A DNA stretch of 41,140 bases. Source: Sandaracinaceae bacterium (GTDB taxonomy: Bacteria > Myxococcota_A > Polyangia > Polyangiales > Sandaracinaceae). Under the pieces are notes generated by a model. That model was not told where the DNA came from. It saw only the letters and a list, made by a program, of their open reading frames with translations, and made no database searches. Shown one piece after another: positions 25,854-34,612 of the stretch (the stretch's first letter is position 1; each line of letters begins with the position of its first letter). The stretch covers positions 1-41,140 of the forward strand of contig JBGAQA010000058.1 in NCBI GenBank assembly GCA_044220955.1, given 5' to 3'. Both the position numbers and the translations under genes were made by a program.

Positions 25854-27227
25854 ATGCACTCGACCCTCGCCCGCTGGCTCGTCCTGGCCCTGATCTCCGC
25901 CGCGCTGTTCCTCTCGCCGGGCATCGCGCTCGTCCGCGATCTGCGCGATCCGGCCCTCGCGGCGCCTGGCACGCCATGGCGGGCGGTCACCCTCCACCGC
26001 GACCTCACGCCCCGCATCGAGCGCTGGGCGCGCGACCACGTCGCCAGTGGGCGGGCCGCCGCCGTGTCGCTGCACGACGTGCCCACGACCGAGTGGCCGA
26101 TGTTCACGTCGGTGTTCTATCTGCTGGGGACCGAGCAGCTCGAGGCGGCATGGCGGCGCGGCGAGCTGGGCGATGCGCCCGAGCCGATGAGCTACGCACG
26201 CGGCGCGGTCGACGCGGCGCGCGATCTCGTCGTCGATCCCGTCCACCACACCTGGGTCCGCACGCACTGGGGGCCCGACTACCTGCACCGGGAGGACGTG
26301 TTCTTCCGCGCGCTCGTCATCTCGGCGCTCACGAGCCACCAGGCGCTCACCGGCGAAAGCGAGTACGAGCCGATGCTCCGCGACCAGGTCGAGACGCTCG
26401 CCGCGGCGCTCGACGCCTCGCCGCTCGGCCTGCTGAACGACTATCCCCACGAGTGCTACCCGATCGACGTTCTCGTCGCGGTCGCTTGGATCCGCCGGGC
26501 CGACGGCGTGCTCGGCACGGATCACGCCGCGTTCGCCGCGCGCGCGCTGCGGGCGTTCGAGGGCGCGCAGGCCGACGAGCTCGGTCTCGTGCGCTATCGC
26601 GTCGATCTCACCGACGGCGACGGGCATGCGTACGAGGTGCAGCCGGCCCGAGGCATCGGCATGTCCTGGGTGCTGCTCTTCACGCCGGATCTCTGGCCGG
26701 CCGAGTCGCGGCAGTGGTACGCGCGCTACGAGCGCTCGTTCTGGCAGGACCGCGGCTGGGCGGCAGGCTTCCGCGAGTACGCGCCCGGCACCGAGTGGGA
26801 GAACGGGTTCGAGATCGACGCCGGTCCCGTGCTGGACGGGTTCGGCACCGCGTCGAGCGCGTTCGGCATCGCGGCCGCGCGCAGGAACGGCCGCTTCGAT
26901 CAGGCGTACGCGCTCGAGACGGAGATGAGCGCCGCGAGCTGGACGCTCCCGGACGGAACGATGCTGCTGCCGCGCATGGTGTCGCACGCCGCCGACGCGC
27001 CCTACCTCGGCGAAGCGGCGCTCCAGTACTTCCTGACGGTGCAGCCCGCCGAGGGAGTGCCGGTCGTGCCGGCCACGGAGGGGCCCCGCGGCCTGGTGTA
27101 TCTCGGGCTCCTCGTCTACTTCGGTGTGCCGCTCGCGGCGGCGCTCGCGATCGCGCGAGAAGCGCGGGCGCTCAGGCGTGCGCGACGCGCGCTCACCGTC
27201 ACTCGACCGGTGCTGGCGCGAGCGTGA
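25854..27227 (+). CDS. Membrane-anchored protein, possibly linalool dehydratase/isomerase-like (alpha/alpha) barrel
   Basis: Start MHSTLARW (ATG 25854); N- and C-terminal TM segments; DYPHECYPID, GFREY, IDAGPV..GFGTASSAFG.AAAR motifs. Fold assignment is from recall only. Confidence 0.65.
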   Translation: MHSTLARWLVLALISAALFLSPGIALVRDLRDPALAAPGTPWRAVTLHRDLTPRIERWARDHVASGRAAAVSLHDVPTTEWPMFTSVFYLLGTEQLEAAWRRGELGDAPEPMSYARGAVDAARDLVVDPVHHTWVRTHWGPDYLHREDVFFRALVISALTSHQALTGESEYEPMLRDQVETLAAALDASPLGLLNDYPHECYPIDVLVAVAWIRRADGVLGTDHAAFAARALRAFEGAQADELGLVRYRVDLTDGDGHAYEVQPARGIGMSWVLLFTPDLWPAESRQWYARYERSFWQDRGWAAGFREYAPGTEWENGFEIDAGPVLDGFGTASSAFGIAAARRNGRFDQAYALETEMSAASWTLPDGTMLLPRMVSHAADAPYLGEAALQYFLTVQPAEGVPVVPATEGPRGLVYLGLLVYFGVPLAAALAIAREARALRRARRALTVTRPVLARA

Positions 27228-27255
27228 GGCGGCCCCGGATCGAACCCGAGCCGCC
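27228..27255. terminator. GC-rich hairpin between convergent genes (possible terminator)
   Basis: Minus strand GGCGGCTCGG-GTTCGAT-CCGGGGCCGCC; no U-tract. Confidence 0.35.
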
Positions 27256-27360
27256 GTCCGGTACCGGGAAGGTCCAGCGGGCGAACGCGGCGCCGAGGCA
27301 GCTCTTGAGGAGCGGCTCCGGCGGCGTGAGCGCGAGATCGACGTCGAGAGCGAGAGCGAG

Positions 27361-27870
27361 TCAGCGCCCGGGCACGAACACGACGGCGGGCGGCGCGTCG
27401 AACTGCCGCTCGTCGCAGTCGCGCTCGGTGCCGTCCGAGAAGATCACGTTGACGAAGTCGGCGTCTTGGTCGAGCGCCACCATCGGGTGGTGCCAGGTGC
27501 CGGGCGCGTACGTGACGGCCTGCCCGCCCTCGACGACGAACGCCGCGAGCGTCGCCAGGTCGGGCGCGTCGCCGCCGCGGGCCACGATCACGAGGTAGCG
27601 CGCGCCGCGCATGGGGACGAACATCTGCGTCGAGAACGCGTGCCGCTCGAGCCACCGGATCGCGAGCTCCGGCGAACGGTGCGCCGCGCACCTGAACAGC
27701 GACGCCGTGCAGCGGGCGCCTGGGCGCGCGCTCTCGATCACGGCGAGGGCGTCCCACGCGGCCGCGGTGCCGTGGTTGGCCGAGCGCGCCGCGGCGGCCT
27801 CGCCCGCGGAGACGAGGGCGCCGTAGGGCGCGTACGCCATCGCCTCGATCGGGCGCGCCTCGACGCGCAT
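27361..27870 (-). CDS. allA: Ureidoglycolate lyase
   Basis: LERHAFSTQMFVPM and QAVTYAPGTWHHPM motifs. ATG overlaps the ALDH stop (TGATG). Confidence 0.88.
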   Translation of the reverse strand: MRVEARPIEAMAYAPYGALVSAGEAAAARSANHGTAAAWDALAVIESARPGARCTASLFRCAAHRSPELAIRWLERHAFSTQMFVPMRGARYLVIVARGGDAPDLATLAAFVVEGGQAVTYAPGTWHHPMVALDQDADFVNVIFSDGTERDCDERQFDAPPAVVFVPGR

Positions 27871-29426
27871 CAGCCGGGCTCGAAGATCTTGTCGAGCAGC
27901 GCGCGGTCGCCCTGCACGGCCGTCCGCTGCATGTAGAAGCGGAGGCCGCGCTCGCCGCCGAGCTCCTCGCCGCCGCCCGCGCGCCCGGGACCGCCGTGGA
28001 CGCACGAGGGCAGGACCAGCCCGGGCGCGATCGCCTGGTCCGCGATCTTGCTCGAGCCGACGAGCACGCGGCCGTGGAAGGGCGCGATGCCGAGCACGAG
28101 CGCCTTGAGCAGGGCGCGGTCGTCGCCGTACACGCTGGCGACCAGGCCTCCCTCGCCACGCGCGACGAGCGCCACTGCGTGCGCCGCGTCGCGGTAGGGC
28201 ATGAGCGTCGCGCAGGGGCCGAAGACCTCGTGGGCGTGCACGGCGTGAGCGTCGTCCGGCGCGTCGGCCCGCAGCAGCACGGGCGCGGCGAAGAAGCCCT
28301 TGCCGGCGGGGACGCCGATCGGCGCGGCCTCGGTCGGGCTCCCGAGCACGATCCTGGCGCCGCTCGCGACCAGCTTGGCGACGCCCGCGCGGAAGTCGTC
28401 GAGCTGCTGCCGCGTCGCCAGCGGGCCCATGCGCACCTCTTCCAGCGACGGCAGGCCGAGCTTCACGCGCGAGAGCTCGGCCGAGAGATCCTCCTGCACG
28501 CGATCGAGCAGCGCCTCGGGCACGAAGATGCGGCGTGTCGCCGTGCACTTCTGCCCCGTCTTCTGGGTGATCTCCTTGCTGACGTCGCGGACGAACGCGC
28601 GGTAGGCGTCGTCGCCGGTGTCGACGCCCTCCGCGAGGACGGCGCTGTTCAGCGAGTCGGCCTCGACGTTCACGCGCACCGACTTCGCCACGACCGGTGC
28701 GGACGAGCGCAGCTTCGCGCCCGTGTCGGCCGAGCCGGTGAAGGCGAGCACGTCCTCGGGCCCGAGCCGGTCGATCAGATCGCCTGCGCTGCCGGCGACG
28801 ATCTGGAACGCGCCTGCCGGCAGGATGCCGGACGCGACGATGATCTCGGCGATCCGGACCGCGAGCGGCGCCGTGCTCGTCGCGGGCTTGGTGATCACGG
28901 GCACGCCCGCGAGCAGGGCGACGGCGAGCTTCTCGCCGAGCCCCCACGCCGGGAAGTTGAACGCGTTGACGTGCACCGCGACTCCGGGGCGCGTGGTCCA
29001 CACGTGCTGGCCGAAGAAGCGCGCGCTCTGTCCGAGCTGCTCGGCCGCCTCGGTCAGGATGCGCGTCTCGCCGAGCTTGGCCCCGACGCCTGCGTAGTAG
29101 GCGAGCGTCCCCGTCGCCCCGTCGACGTCGAACTTCGCGTCCGAGCGCGTGGTGCCGGCGCTCTTCATCGAGAGATCGATCAGCGCGTCGCGCTCCGCGT
29201 GGATCGCCTTGCTGATCGCCTTGAGCCAGCCGGCGCGCGTCGCGAAGGTCGCGGCGCGCAGGGCGGGGCCGCCCTCTTTCCGGGCCCACGCGAGGGCCGC
29301 GCCGAGGTCGAGGCCGGTGGTGCACGCCTCTGCGATCGCCTCCTCCGTCGAGGGGTCGACGAGCGTCTGCACCTTGCCCGAACCGAACTGCCAGCTGCCT
29401 GCGAGATAGCTCTTGAGCGTGATCAT
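27870..29426 (-). CDS. PaaZ/BoxD-type CoA-semialdehyde dehydrogenase (3,4-dehydroadipyl-CoA semialdehyde dehydrogenase-like, no MaoC domain)
   Basis: FDVDGATGTL, HVNAFNFPAWG..EKLA, FTGSADTG, VEADSLNS, KTGQKCTATRR, HEVFGP, HGGPGRAGGGEELGG, YMQRTAVQG. Start MITLKSY. Confidence 0.92.
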   Translation of the reverse strand: MITLKSYLAGSWQFGSGKVQTLVDPSTEEAIAEACTTGLDLGAALAWARKEGGPALRAATFATRAGWLKAISKAIHAERDALIDLSMKSAGTTRSDAKFDVDGATGTLAYYAGVGAKLGETRILTEAAEQLGQSARFFGQHVWTTRPGVAVHVNAFNFPAWGLGEKLAVALLAGVPVITKPATSTAPLAVRIAEIIVASGILPAGAFQIVAGSAGDLIDRLGPEDVLAFTGSADTGAKLRSSAPVVAKSVRVNVEADSLNSAVLAEGVDTGDDAYRAFVRDVSKEITQKTGQKCTATRRIFVPEALLDRVQEDLSAELSRVKLGLPSLEEVRMGPLATRQQLDDFRAGVAKLVASGARIVLGSPTEAAPIGVPAGKGFFAAPVLLRADAPDDAHAVHAHEVFGPCATLMPYRDAAHAVALVARGEGGLVASVYGDDRALLKALVLGIAPFHGRVLVGSSKIADQAIAPGLVLPSCVHGGPGRAGGGEELGGERGLRFYMQRTAVQGDRALLDKIFEPG

Positions 29427-29486
29427 GGAGGCGCCGAGCATGCGGGACCCCGCGACCGGCGTTCGTGCGAACGCTCACCGCGGAAT

Positions 29487-29529
29487 TCACGACACGAGTG
29501 CTCGCTTCGGAGGGGCGCGCCGAGCAATT
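29487..29529 (+). repeat. Short copy of a dispersed intergenic element (partner at 36878-36968)
   Basis: GAGTGCTCGC-tt-CGGAGGGGCGCGCCGAGCAATT; the arms match the minus-strand copy at 10/10 and 21/22. Confidence 0.8.
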
Positions 29530-29602
29530 TCCGCGCGATCCCGGGCGGGAATGACCGAACGGTGACGCCCCCCGGCTCGCGCTTCGGGCAGATTGGTGGT
29601 GG

Positions 29603-30274
29603 ATGAGCGAACGCGAAGTGAGCGCCGCGCAGCCGACTGCCCACGGGCCGACCTGGGGCGAGGAGGTCGTCCACGCGGCGACGCACGGAGTGGGGGCGCT
29701 CCTCTCGCTCGCGGTGCTCGCGCTCCTCGTCGGCAGCGCGCTCGCCCACGGGACGACCAGCAACGTCGTGTCGGCGGCCGTGTTCGGCACGAGCCTCGTG
29801 CTCGTCTACGCGGCGTCGACCGCCTACCACGCGGCTCCGGCCGGGCGCGTCCGGCTCAAGGCCGTCCTGCAGGTCCTCGATCACGCCGCGATCCACCTGC
29901 TGATCGCGGGGACGGCCACGCCGATCATCCTCGCGGCCTTCGAGGGGCGCTCGGGCTGGATCGCGCTCGGCGTGATGTGGACGCTCGCGCTCGTGGGCCT
30001 GGTCGTCGAGATCTCGCCCCTGCGTCGCATGACGCGCCTCTCGATCGGCGTCTACCTCGGCAACGGCTGGGTCGGCGCGCTCGCGCTGCCCTCGCTCTAC
30101 GGCGCCATCTCGACCTCCGCGCTCTCTTGCCTGATCCTCGGCGGGGTGGCGTACACGGCCGGAGTGCCGTTCTTCCTCGCGCACCGGACGAAGTGGATGC
30201 ACGCCTGCTGGCACGGCTTCGTCATCGCCGGCAGCGCGCTGCACGTGGCCGCGGTCGTGCTCGCGATGCCGTAG
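29603..30274 (+). CDS. Hemolysin III / PAQR (TrhA/YqfA-like) membrane protein
   Basis: EE..HAATHG, STAYH, LDHAAIHLLIAGT.TP, GGVAYTAG, HACWHGFV; about 7 TMs. Confidence 0.93.
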   Translation: MSEREVSAAQPTAHGPTWGEEVVHAATHGVGALLSLAVLALLVGSALAHGTTSNVVSAAVFGTSLVLVYAASTAYHAAPAGRVRLKAVLQVLDHAAIHLLIAGTATPIILAAFEGRSGWIALGVMWTLALVGLVVEISPLRRMTRLSIGVYLGNGWVGALALPSLYGAISTSALSCLILGGVAYTAGVPFFLAHRTKWMHACWHGFVIAGSALHVAAVVLAMP

Positions 30275-30325
30275 CGCCCAGGTGGATGCGCAGCACGCGA
30301 CGGCGAGTGTAGCCTCGGCGTCACG

Positions 30326-30991
30326 TTGCGCGTCCGACTCGACATCGATCTCGGCGAGCTCCCCGACGAGCCGGAGGCGCTCTACGCGTGCGCCCACCTC
30401 GCGAGCGTGGCGTGCGGCGGCCACGCGGGCGACGCGGTGAGCGTCGCGCGCGCGGCGCGCCTGGCCGCGGCCCACGGCGCGCGGCTCGGAGCGCACCCCT
30501 CGTACCCGGATCGCGAGGGCTTCGGGCGCCGCGCGATGGCGATGGACCCCGCCGAGCTCGCGGCGTCGATCCGCGCGCAGTGCGCGCTCTTCGTGCGCGC
30601 CGCGGGGCCCGCGGGGCACGTGAAGATGCACGGGGCCCTCTATCACGCGATCGATCGCGACGAGGCGCTCGCGACGCTCGTCCTGTCGGCGTGCCGCGAC
30701 GTGCTCGGCGTGCTCGACGTGCTCGGCCCGCCGCAGGGGGCGACGGTGCGGGCGGCCGCAGCGCTCGGGATGCGCGCGCTGCGCGAGGGCTTCGCCGATC
30801 GTGGCTTGCGGCCGGACGGCACGCTGGTGCCCCGCGGCGAGGCGGGGGCTCTCGTCGAGGATCCGCTCGTGGCGGCCCGGCAGGCGCTCACGCTGGCTCG
30901 GAGCGGCGAGTACGACGTGCTCTGCGTGCACGGGGACGGTCCACACGCGCTCGTCGTGGCGCGCGCCGTCCGGGAGGCGCTCGATCGATGA
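30326..30991 (+). CDS. pxpA: 5-oxoprolinase subunit A (LamB/YcsF)
   Basis: DLGE, ACGGHAGD, GAHPSYPDREGFGRR, HVKMHGALY, EGFADR, CVHGD; TTG start. Confidence 0.92.
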   Translation: MRVRLDIDLGELPDEPEALYACAHLASVACGGHAGDAVSVARAARLAAAHGARLGAHPSYPDREGFGRRAMAMDPAELAASIRAQCALFVRAAGPAGHVKMHGALYHAIDRDEALATLVLSACRDVLGVLDVLGPPQGATVRAAAALGMRALREGFADRGLRPDGTLVPRGEAGALVEDPLVAARQALTLARSGEYDVLCVHGDGPHALVVARAVREALDR

Positions 30992-31575
30992 CACCGCTCG
31001 ACGTCGTGCCCGTCGGCGAGCGCGCGGTCCGGTTCGCGATCCCCGAAGGGGTGTCGCGCGCGGCGCTGCTCGACTGGCTGCTCGCGTCCGCGGACGTGGT
31101 GGACGCGAGCCTCGCGGCCGAGCACGCGCTGGTCGTGTTCGAGGGCGCGCCGCGGCCGCTCGTGCTGCCGGCCCTCGTTTCTGCCGTGAGGACGCGGCGC
31201 ACCGAGCACGTCATCCGCGTCGCCTACGACGGAGAAGACCTCGCGGAGGTCGCGGCGCTCCTGGGCACGACGCCGTCGGACGTGATCGCGCGCCACGCGG
31301 CCGCGGTGCTCGACGTCGCGTTCCTCGGGTTCTGTCCGGGCTTCGCGTACCTCGTCGGGCTCGATCCCGCGCTCGCGGCGGTGCCGCGACGCGCCTCGCC
31401 GCGCGAGCGCGTGCCGGCGGGCGCGGTCGCGATCGCGGGCGGCTACTCGGGGATCTATCCCGCCGCGATGCCGGGCGGCTGGCGCTTGCTGGGGCGGGCG
31501 CTCGGGCTCGACCTGCTCGACGGCGAGTCGCCGCGCCTCGCGGTCGGGGATCGGGTGCGCTTCGTCGCGGCGTGA
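30988..31575 (+). CDS. pxpB: 5-oxoprolinase subunit B (KipI / allophanate hydrolase subunit 1)
   Basis: YDGEDL, FLGFCPGFAYL, PR...PRERVPAGAVAIAG.YSGIYP...PGGWRLLG; ATGA overlap with pxpA. Confidence 0.92.
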   Translation: MTPLDVVPVGERAVRFAIPEGVSRAALLDWLLASADVVDASLAAEHALVVFEGAPRPLVLPALVSAVRTRRTEHVIRVAYDGEDLAEVAALLGTTPSDVIARHAAAVLDVAFLGFCPGFAYLVGLDPALAAVPRRASPRERVPAGAVAIAGGYSGIYPAAMPGGWRLLGRALGLDLLDGESPRLAVGDRVRFVAA

Positions 31576-31638
31576 GCGCGAGCGCGAGCGCGCGGTTTCG
31601 GATCGCACGGGCGCCGCCCCGGCGTCATCATCGCCGGC

Positions 31639-32316
31639 GTGCGGGCGCAGCGTGAGGCCGACGGAACCCTGCGGGTCGATCGGACGCGGGACGAGGTGCG
31701 CGCGTACTACGACCGCATCGCGCGCTTCTACGACGCGATGGCGGAGCTGAGCGAGGGGCCGGTGCGGCGCGAGTGCCTCGCGCTCCTCGACGCGCAGCCC
31801 GCCGAGCAGGTGATCGAGATCGGGTGCGGGACCGGCCGCGCGCTCGTCCCCCTCGCGCGCGCGGTCTGCCCGGGGGGAACCGTCACGGGGGTCGATCTCT
31901 CGGAGGGCATGCTGGTCCGGGCGGCGTCGCTCGTGACGAGGGCGGGAGTCGCCGGCGCGGTGCGGCTCACGCGGGGGGACGCCACCGCGCTGCCGTTCGA
32001 GACGGGCGCGTTCGATGCTGCCTTCGCCAGCTTCGCGCTCGAGCTCTTCGACGGTCCCGAGATCCCGCGGGTCCTCGGAGAGCTCGGCCGCGTCTTGCGC
32101 CCCGGGGGGCGGCTCGGCGTCGTCGGCATGTCCCGCGAGCGCCCGGCGGACCCGTGGGTGCGCCTCTTCGAGTGGGGACACGTGAACGCGCCGTGGCTGC
32201 TCGACTGCAGGCCGGTCCGGGTGCGCCACGCGATCGAGCAGGCGGGCTTCGAGGTCACGCGCGTGCTCCAGCGCAGGGCGTTCGTCCCGGTCGAGCTCGT
32301 GCTCGCCGTGCGCTGA
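31639..32316 (+). CDS. Class I SAM-dependent methyltransferase (UbiE-like)
   Basis: VIEIGCGTG, GVDLSEGML, GDATALPF...FDA, RVLRPGG. Confidence 0.92.
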   Translation: MRAQREADGTLRVDRTRDEVRAYYDRIARFYDAMAELSEGPVRRECLALLDAQPAEQVIEIGCGTGRALVPLARAVCPGGTVTGVDLSEGMLVRAASLVTRAGVAGAVRLTRGDATALPFETGAFDAAFASFALELFDGPEIPRVLGELGRVLRPGGRLGVVGMSRERPADPWVRLFEWGHVNAPWLLDCRPVRVRHAIEQAGFEVTRVLQRRAFVPVELVLAVR

Positions 32317-32367
32317 TCTCCGGCTCGATCGACGCGCTCGAGGCCGAGTCGACCTCGACTTCGTGTC

Positions 32368-33042
32368 TCAGGGCGTCCGGCGCAGGTCGAACGTGATCAG
32401 GTTGTATCCACCGTTGGCGACGTCGCACGTGCACTCCGCGTGCGTGCAGCCGCTCCCGGTCAGCGTCGTCTCGTCGAACCGGCCAGAGAGAGTCCCTGCC
32501 ATCGTGAAGTGCCCGTCGGCGGTGTACGACGTCGCGTAGTGGTTCACCTCCGTCGTCTCGACGGGGTCGACCTCGCACCGGTCGCCGCTGTCGAGGGAGT
32601 GCAGCGTGGGGTGCGTGAAGCGGATCTCGACCCACGTGAGCGCCGGGTTGACGAAGCCAGTGGCCGCGACCGTCTGGACGGGACACGTCGTCACGCTGCC
32701 CGGGCTCGCGACGCTGCAGTAGTACTCGGTGAGCGTCGCCGTGCCGGTGTAGTCCATGCGGCCGGCGGTGCCGGTGTCGCAGCTGTCGAACGCGCAGAGC
32801 TCGTTTCCATCCGCGTCGTGCGTGATGTTCGAGGTGCAGAGGCGCCCCGCGGCGAAGCAGCCCGCACACTCGACGGGGAGGCAACGGCTCCCCGTCGTCG
32901 TGTCGAAGCACGACAGGCCGCTCGAGCACTCGTCGCTCGTGGCGCAGGGGTCGTGACAGTAGAGCGCGGCCGGCGGGCTGTGGCACCCGTGCAGCGCGAG
33001 GCCGGCGAGCAGCGCCACGGAGATCGTCAGGCTCCGGATCAT
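32368..33042 (-). CDS. Hypothetical Cys-rich lipoprotein
   Basis: MIRSLTISVALLAGLALHGC lipobox; GGAG RBS; Cys-rich N-domain. Confidence 0.8.
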   Translation of the reverse strand: MIRSLTISVALLAGLALHGCHSPPAALYCHDPCATSDECSSGLSCFDTTTGSRCLPVECAGCFAAGRLCTSNITHDADGNELCAFDSCDTGTAGRMDYTGTATLTEYYCSVASPGSVTTCPVQTVAATGFVNPALTWVEIRFTHPTLHSLDSGDRCEVDPVETTEVNHYATSYTADGHFTMAGTLSGRFDETTLTGSGCTHAECTCDVANGGYNLITFDLRRTP

Positions 33043-33106
33043 GCAGGTCTCCACTGCCGCGGGACATCGGCACCGAGCGGCCGGCCGCCCGCAGTTTGCT
33101 CACACT

Positions 33107-33781
33107 TCAGCGGGCGACCTCGATCGCGAGCGCGCGCGCCGCCTTGCAGCGCTTGACGCTCAGCTCGACGCCGATCGCGTCCAGGCCCATCGCGTTGGCG
33201 ACCGCGAGGACGGTGCCCTTGCCGCAGAAGGGGTCGACCACCACCCGAGTAGGCGTGTTCTCGATGACGTAGCGGCACGCGACGCGGCATGCCTCCACGC
33301 CCATCGCGCGGCTCCAGGGCATGAGGCCCCCGTCCGCGACCACCTCGGGGCCCGGCTTGCGCGCCGTCGCGATCGGTCCGCGCGTCACGCCGATCATGTG
33401 CGAGTAGCCGGGCCGACCCATGGAGATCGAGCCTGGCGGGCGCCGGCAGACGATCTTGTGCCAGAGCACGCTCGCGCCTTCGGCCTCGGCGGCACGCATC
33501 ACGAGGTAGCCCTTGTCGACGAGCGCGCCGTCGACCCGGATGTCGCTCTGGAAGAAGATCGAAACACCTCCTTCGGGCACCCACCGGATGACGTGGCGCG
33601 CGCTGTCCTCGAACCACGCGCGCCAGCGGGGAAGACCGAGCTGCGTCTCGGCGAAGCCGGCCTCTTCGACCCGCGCCTCGGAGAGGTCCGGCATCGAGGT
33701 GATGACGCTGGCGAGCGCCGGCGCGGCGTTCGCTTCGAGCCACGCGCGCGCCTCGGCGCGGATGACGTCGCGGCGTGGCAT
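33107..33781 (-). CDS. N6/N4 DNA-methylase-like SAM-dependent methyltransferase with atypical catalytic motif
   Basis: Start MPRRDVI (ATG 33781). ITSMPD at the motif-IV position and C-terminal VVDPFCGKGTVL...AIGVEL motif I, i.e. beta-class order. Confidence 0.75.
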   Translation of the reverse strand: MPRRDVIRAEARAWLEANAAPALASVITSMPDLSEARVEEAGFAETQLGLPRWRAWFEDSARHVIRWVPEGGVSIFFQSDIRVDGALVDKGYLVMRAAEAEGASVLWHKIVCRRPPGSISMGRPGYSHMIGVTRGPIATARKPGPEVVADGGLMPWSRAMGVEACRVACRYVIENTPTRVVVDPFCGKGTVLAVANAMGLDAIGVELSVKRCKAARALAIEVAR

Positions 33782-33803
33782 CGCGGCTACTCTAGCGAAC
33801 GGA

Positions 33804-34610
33804 GTGGCCCGCGAGATCGAGATCGTGAGGACCGTGGGCGTCGCCCTCGTCGAGGACGCGGGGCGCGCGCACCGGCTGCGGGTGGCCGTACCGCGCGGGG
33901 GCGCGCTCGATCCCGAGGGCCTGGCGATCGCGAACGCGGCGCTCGGCAACCCCCACGGAGCGGCGGCCATCGAGCGCTACGGACCCATCGAGCTGCGCGC
34001 GCTCGGCGACGTCGTCCTCGCGGACGAGCACGGCACGCTCACCCTGCTCGAGGCGGGAGCGAGCGCCCGGCTCCCGTGGGACGGCTCCCGGCGCGTCGGC
34101 TACGTCGCCATCGACGGGGCGATCGACGTCCCGCCCTTCCTGGGTGGGGCGGGCACGATGCTCTCGATCGGTCGGGGTGGGCACGAGGGGCGCCCGCTCC
34201 GGCGCGGCGACGTGCTCCGGCTCGGCGCGCCCGGCGAGCGCGGCACCCGGCGCACGCTCCCCGTGATCGACGGCCCTTGGCGCGTCGTGCCGGGCCCGGA
34301 TCTCGATCGCCTCACGCCGGGCGCGCTCGAGCGCTTCCTCGCCTCCCCGTATCGCCTCGACGTGCGTAGCGATCGCACCGGCACCCGCCTCGCGGGCCCG
34401 CGCATCTCGCACCACGTGGGCGCGCGCGCCATCACCACGCCGATGATCGAGGGCGCGATCGAGTGCCCGCCCGACGCGCCGCCGATCGTCCTCGGTCCCG
34501 AGCACCCGACGACCGGCGGCTACCCCGTCGTCGCCGTCGTCCTCGAGGCCGACCTGCCGCGCTTTCACCGCACGGCGCTCGGCCGCGACGTGCGCTTCGT
34601 CCTCGCCTGA
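33804..34610 (+). CDS. pxpC: 5-oxoprolinase subunit C (KipA / allophanate hydrolase subunit 2)
   Basis: VEDAGR, VPRGGALD....IANAALGN, GRPLRRGD, SDRTGTRL, GAIECPP...PIVLGPEHPTTGGYP; GTG start. Confidence 0.9.
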   Translation: MAREIEIVRTVGVALVEDAGRAHRLRVAVPRGGALDPEGLAIANAALGNPHGAAAIERYGPIELRALGDVVLADEHGTLTLLEAGASARLPWDGSRRVGYVAIDGAIDVPPFLGGAGTMLSIGRGGHEGRPLRRGDVLRLGAPGERGTRRTLPVIDGPWRVVPGPDLDRLTPGALERFLASPYRLDVRSDRTGTRLAGPRISHHVGARAITTPMIEGAIECPPDAPPIVLGPEHPTTGGYPVVAVVLEADLPRFHRTALGRDVRFVLA

Positions 34611-34612
34611 TC

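Noticed and set aside
27228..27300. tRNA or tRNA fragment (GGTTCGAT on the minus strand)
   Set aside because: The T-arm register is wrong and there is no D-arm, anticodon arm or acceptor stem; kept only as a hairpin.
29553..29562. TetR/PaaR-like operator ACCGAACGGT upstream of the ALDH
   Set aside because: Only a 4-bp-arm palindrome, no regulator nearby, and expected by chance.
29603..30274. Hemolysin as a toxin or virulence factor
   Set aside because: The hemolysin III/PAQR family is widespread and linked to membrane homeostasis; the name alone is not evidence.
31639..33781. Restriction-modification or other defence island
   Set aside because: No nuclease, ATPase or specificity subunit; the first MTase is a small-molecule type and the second lacks the canonical catalytic motif.
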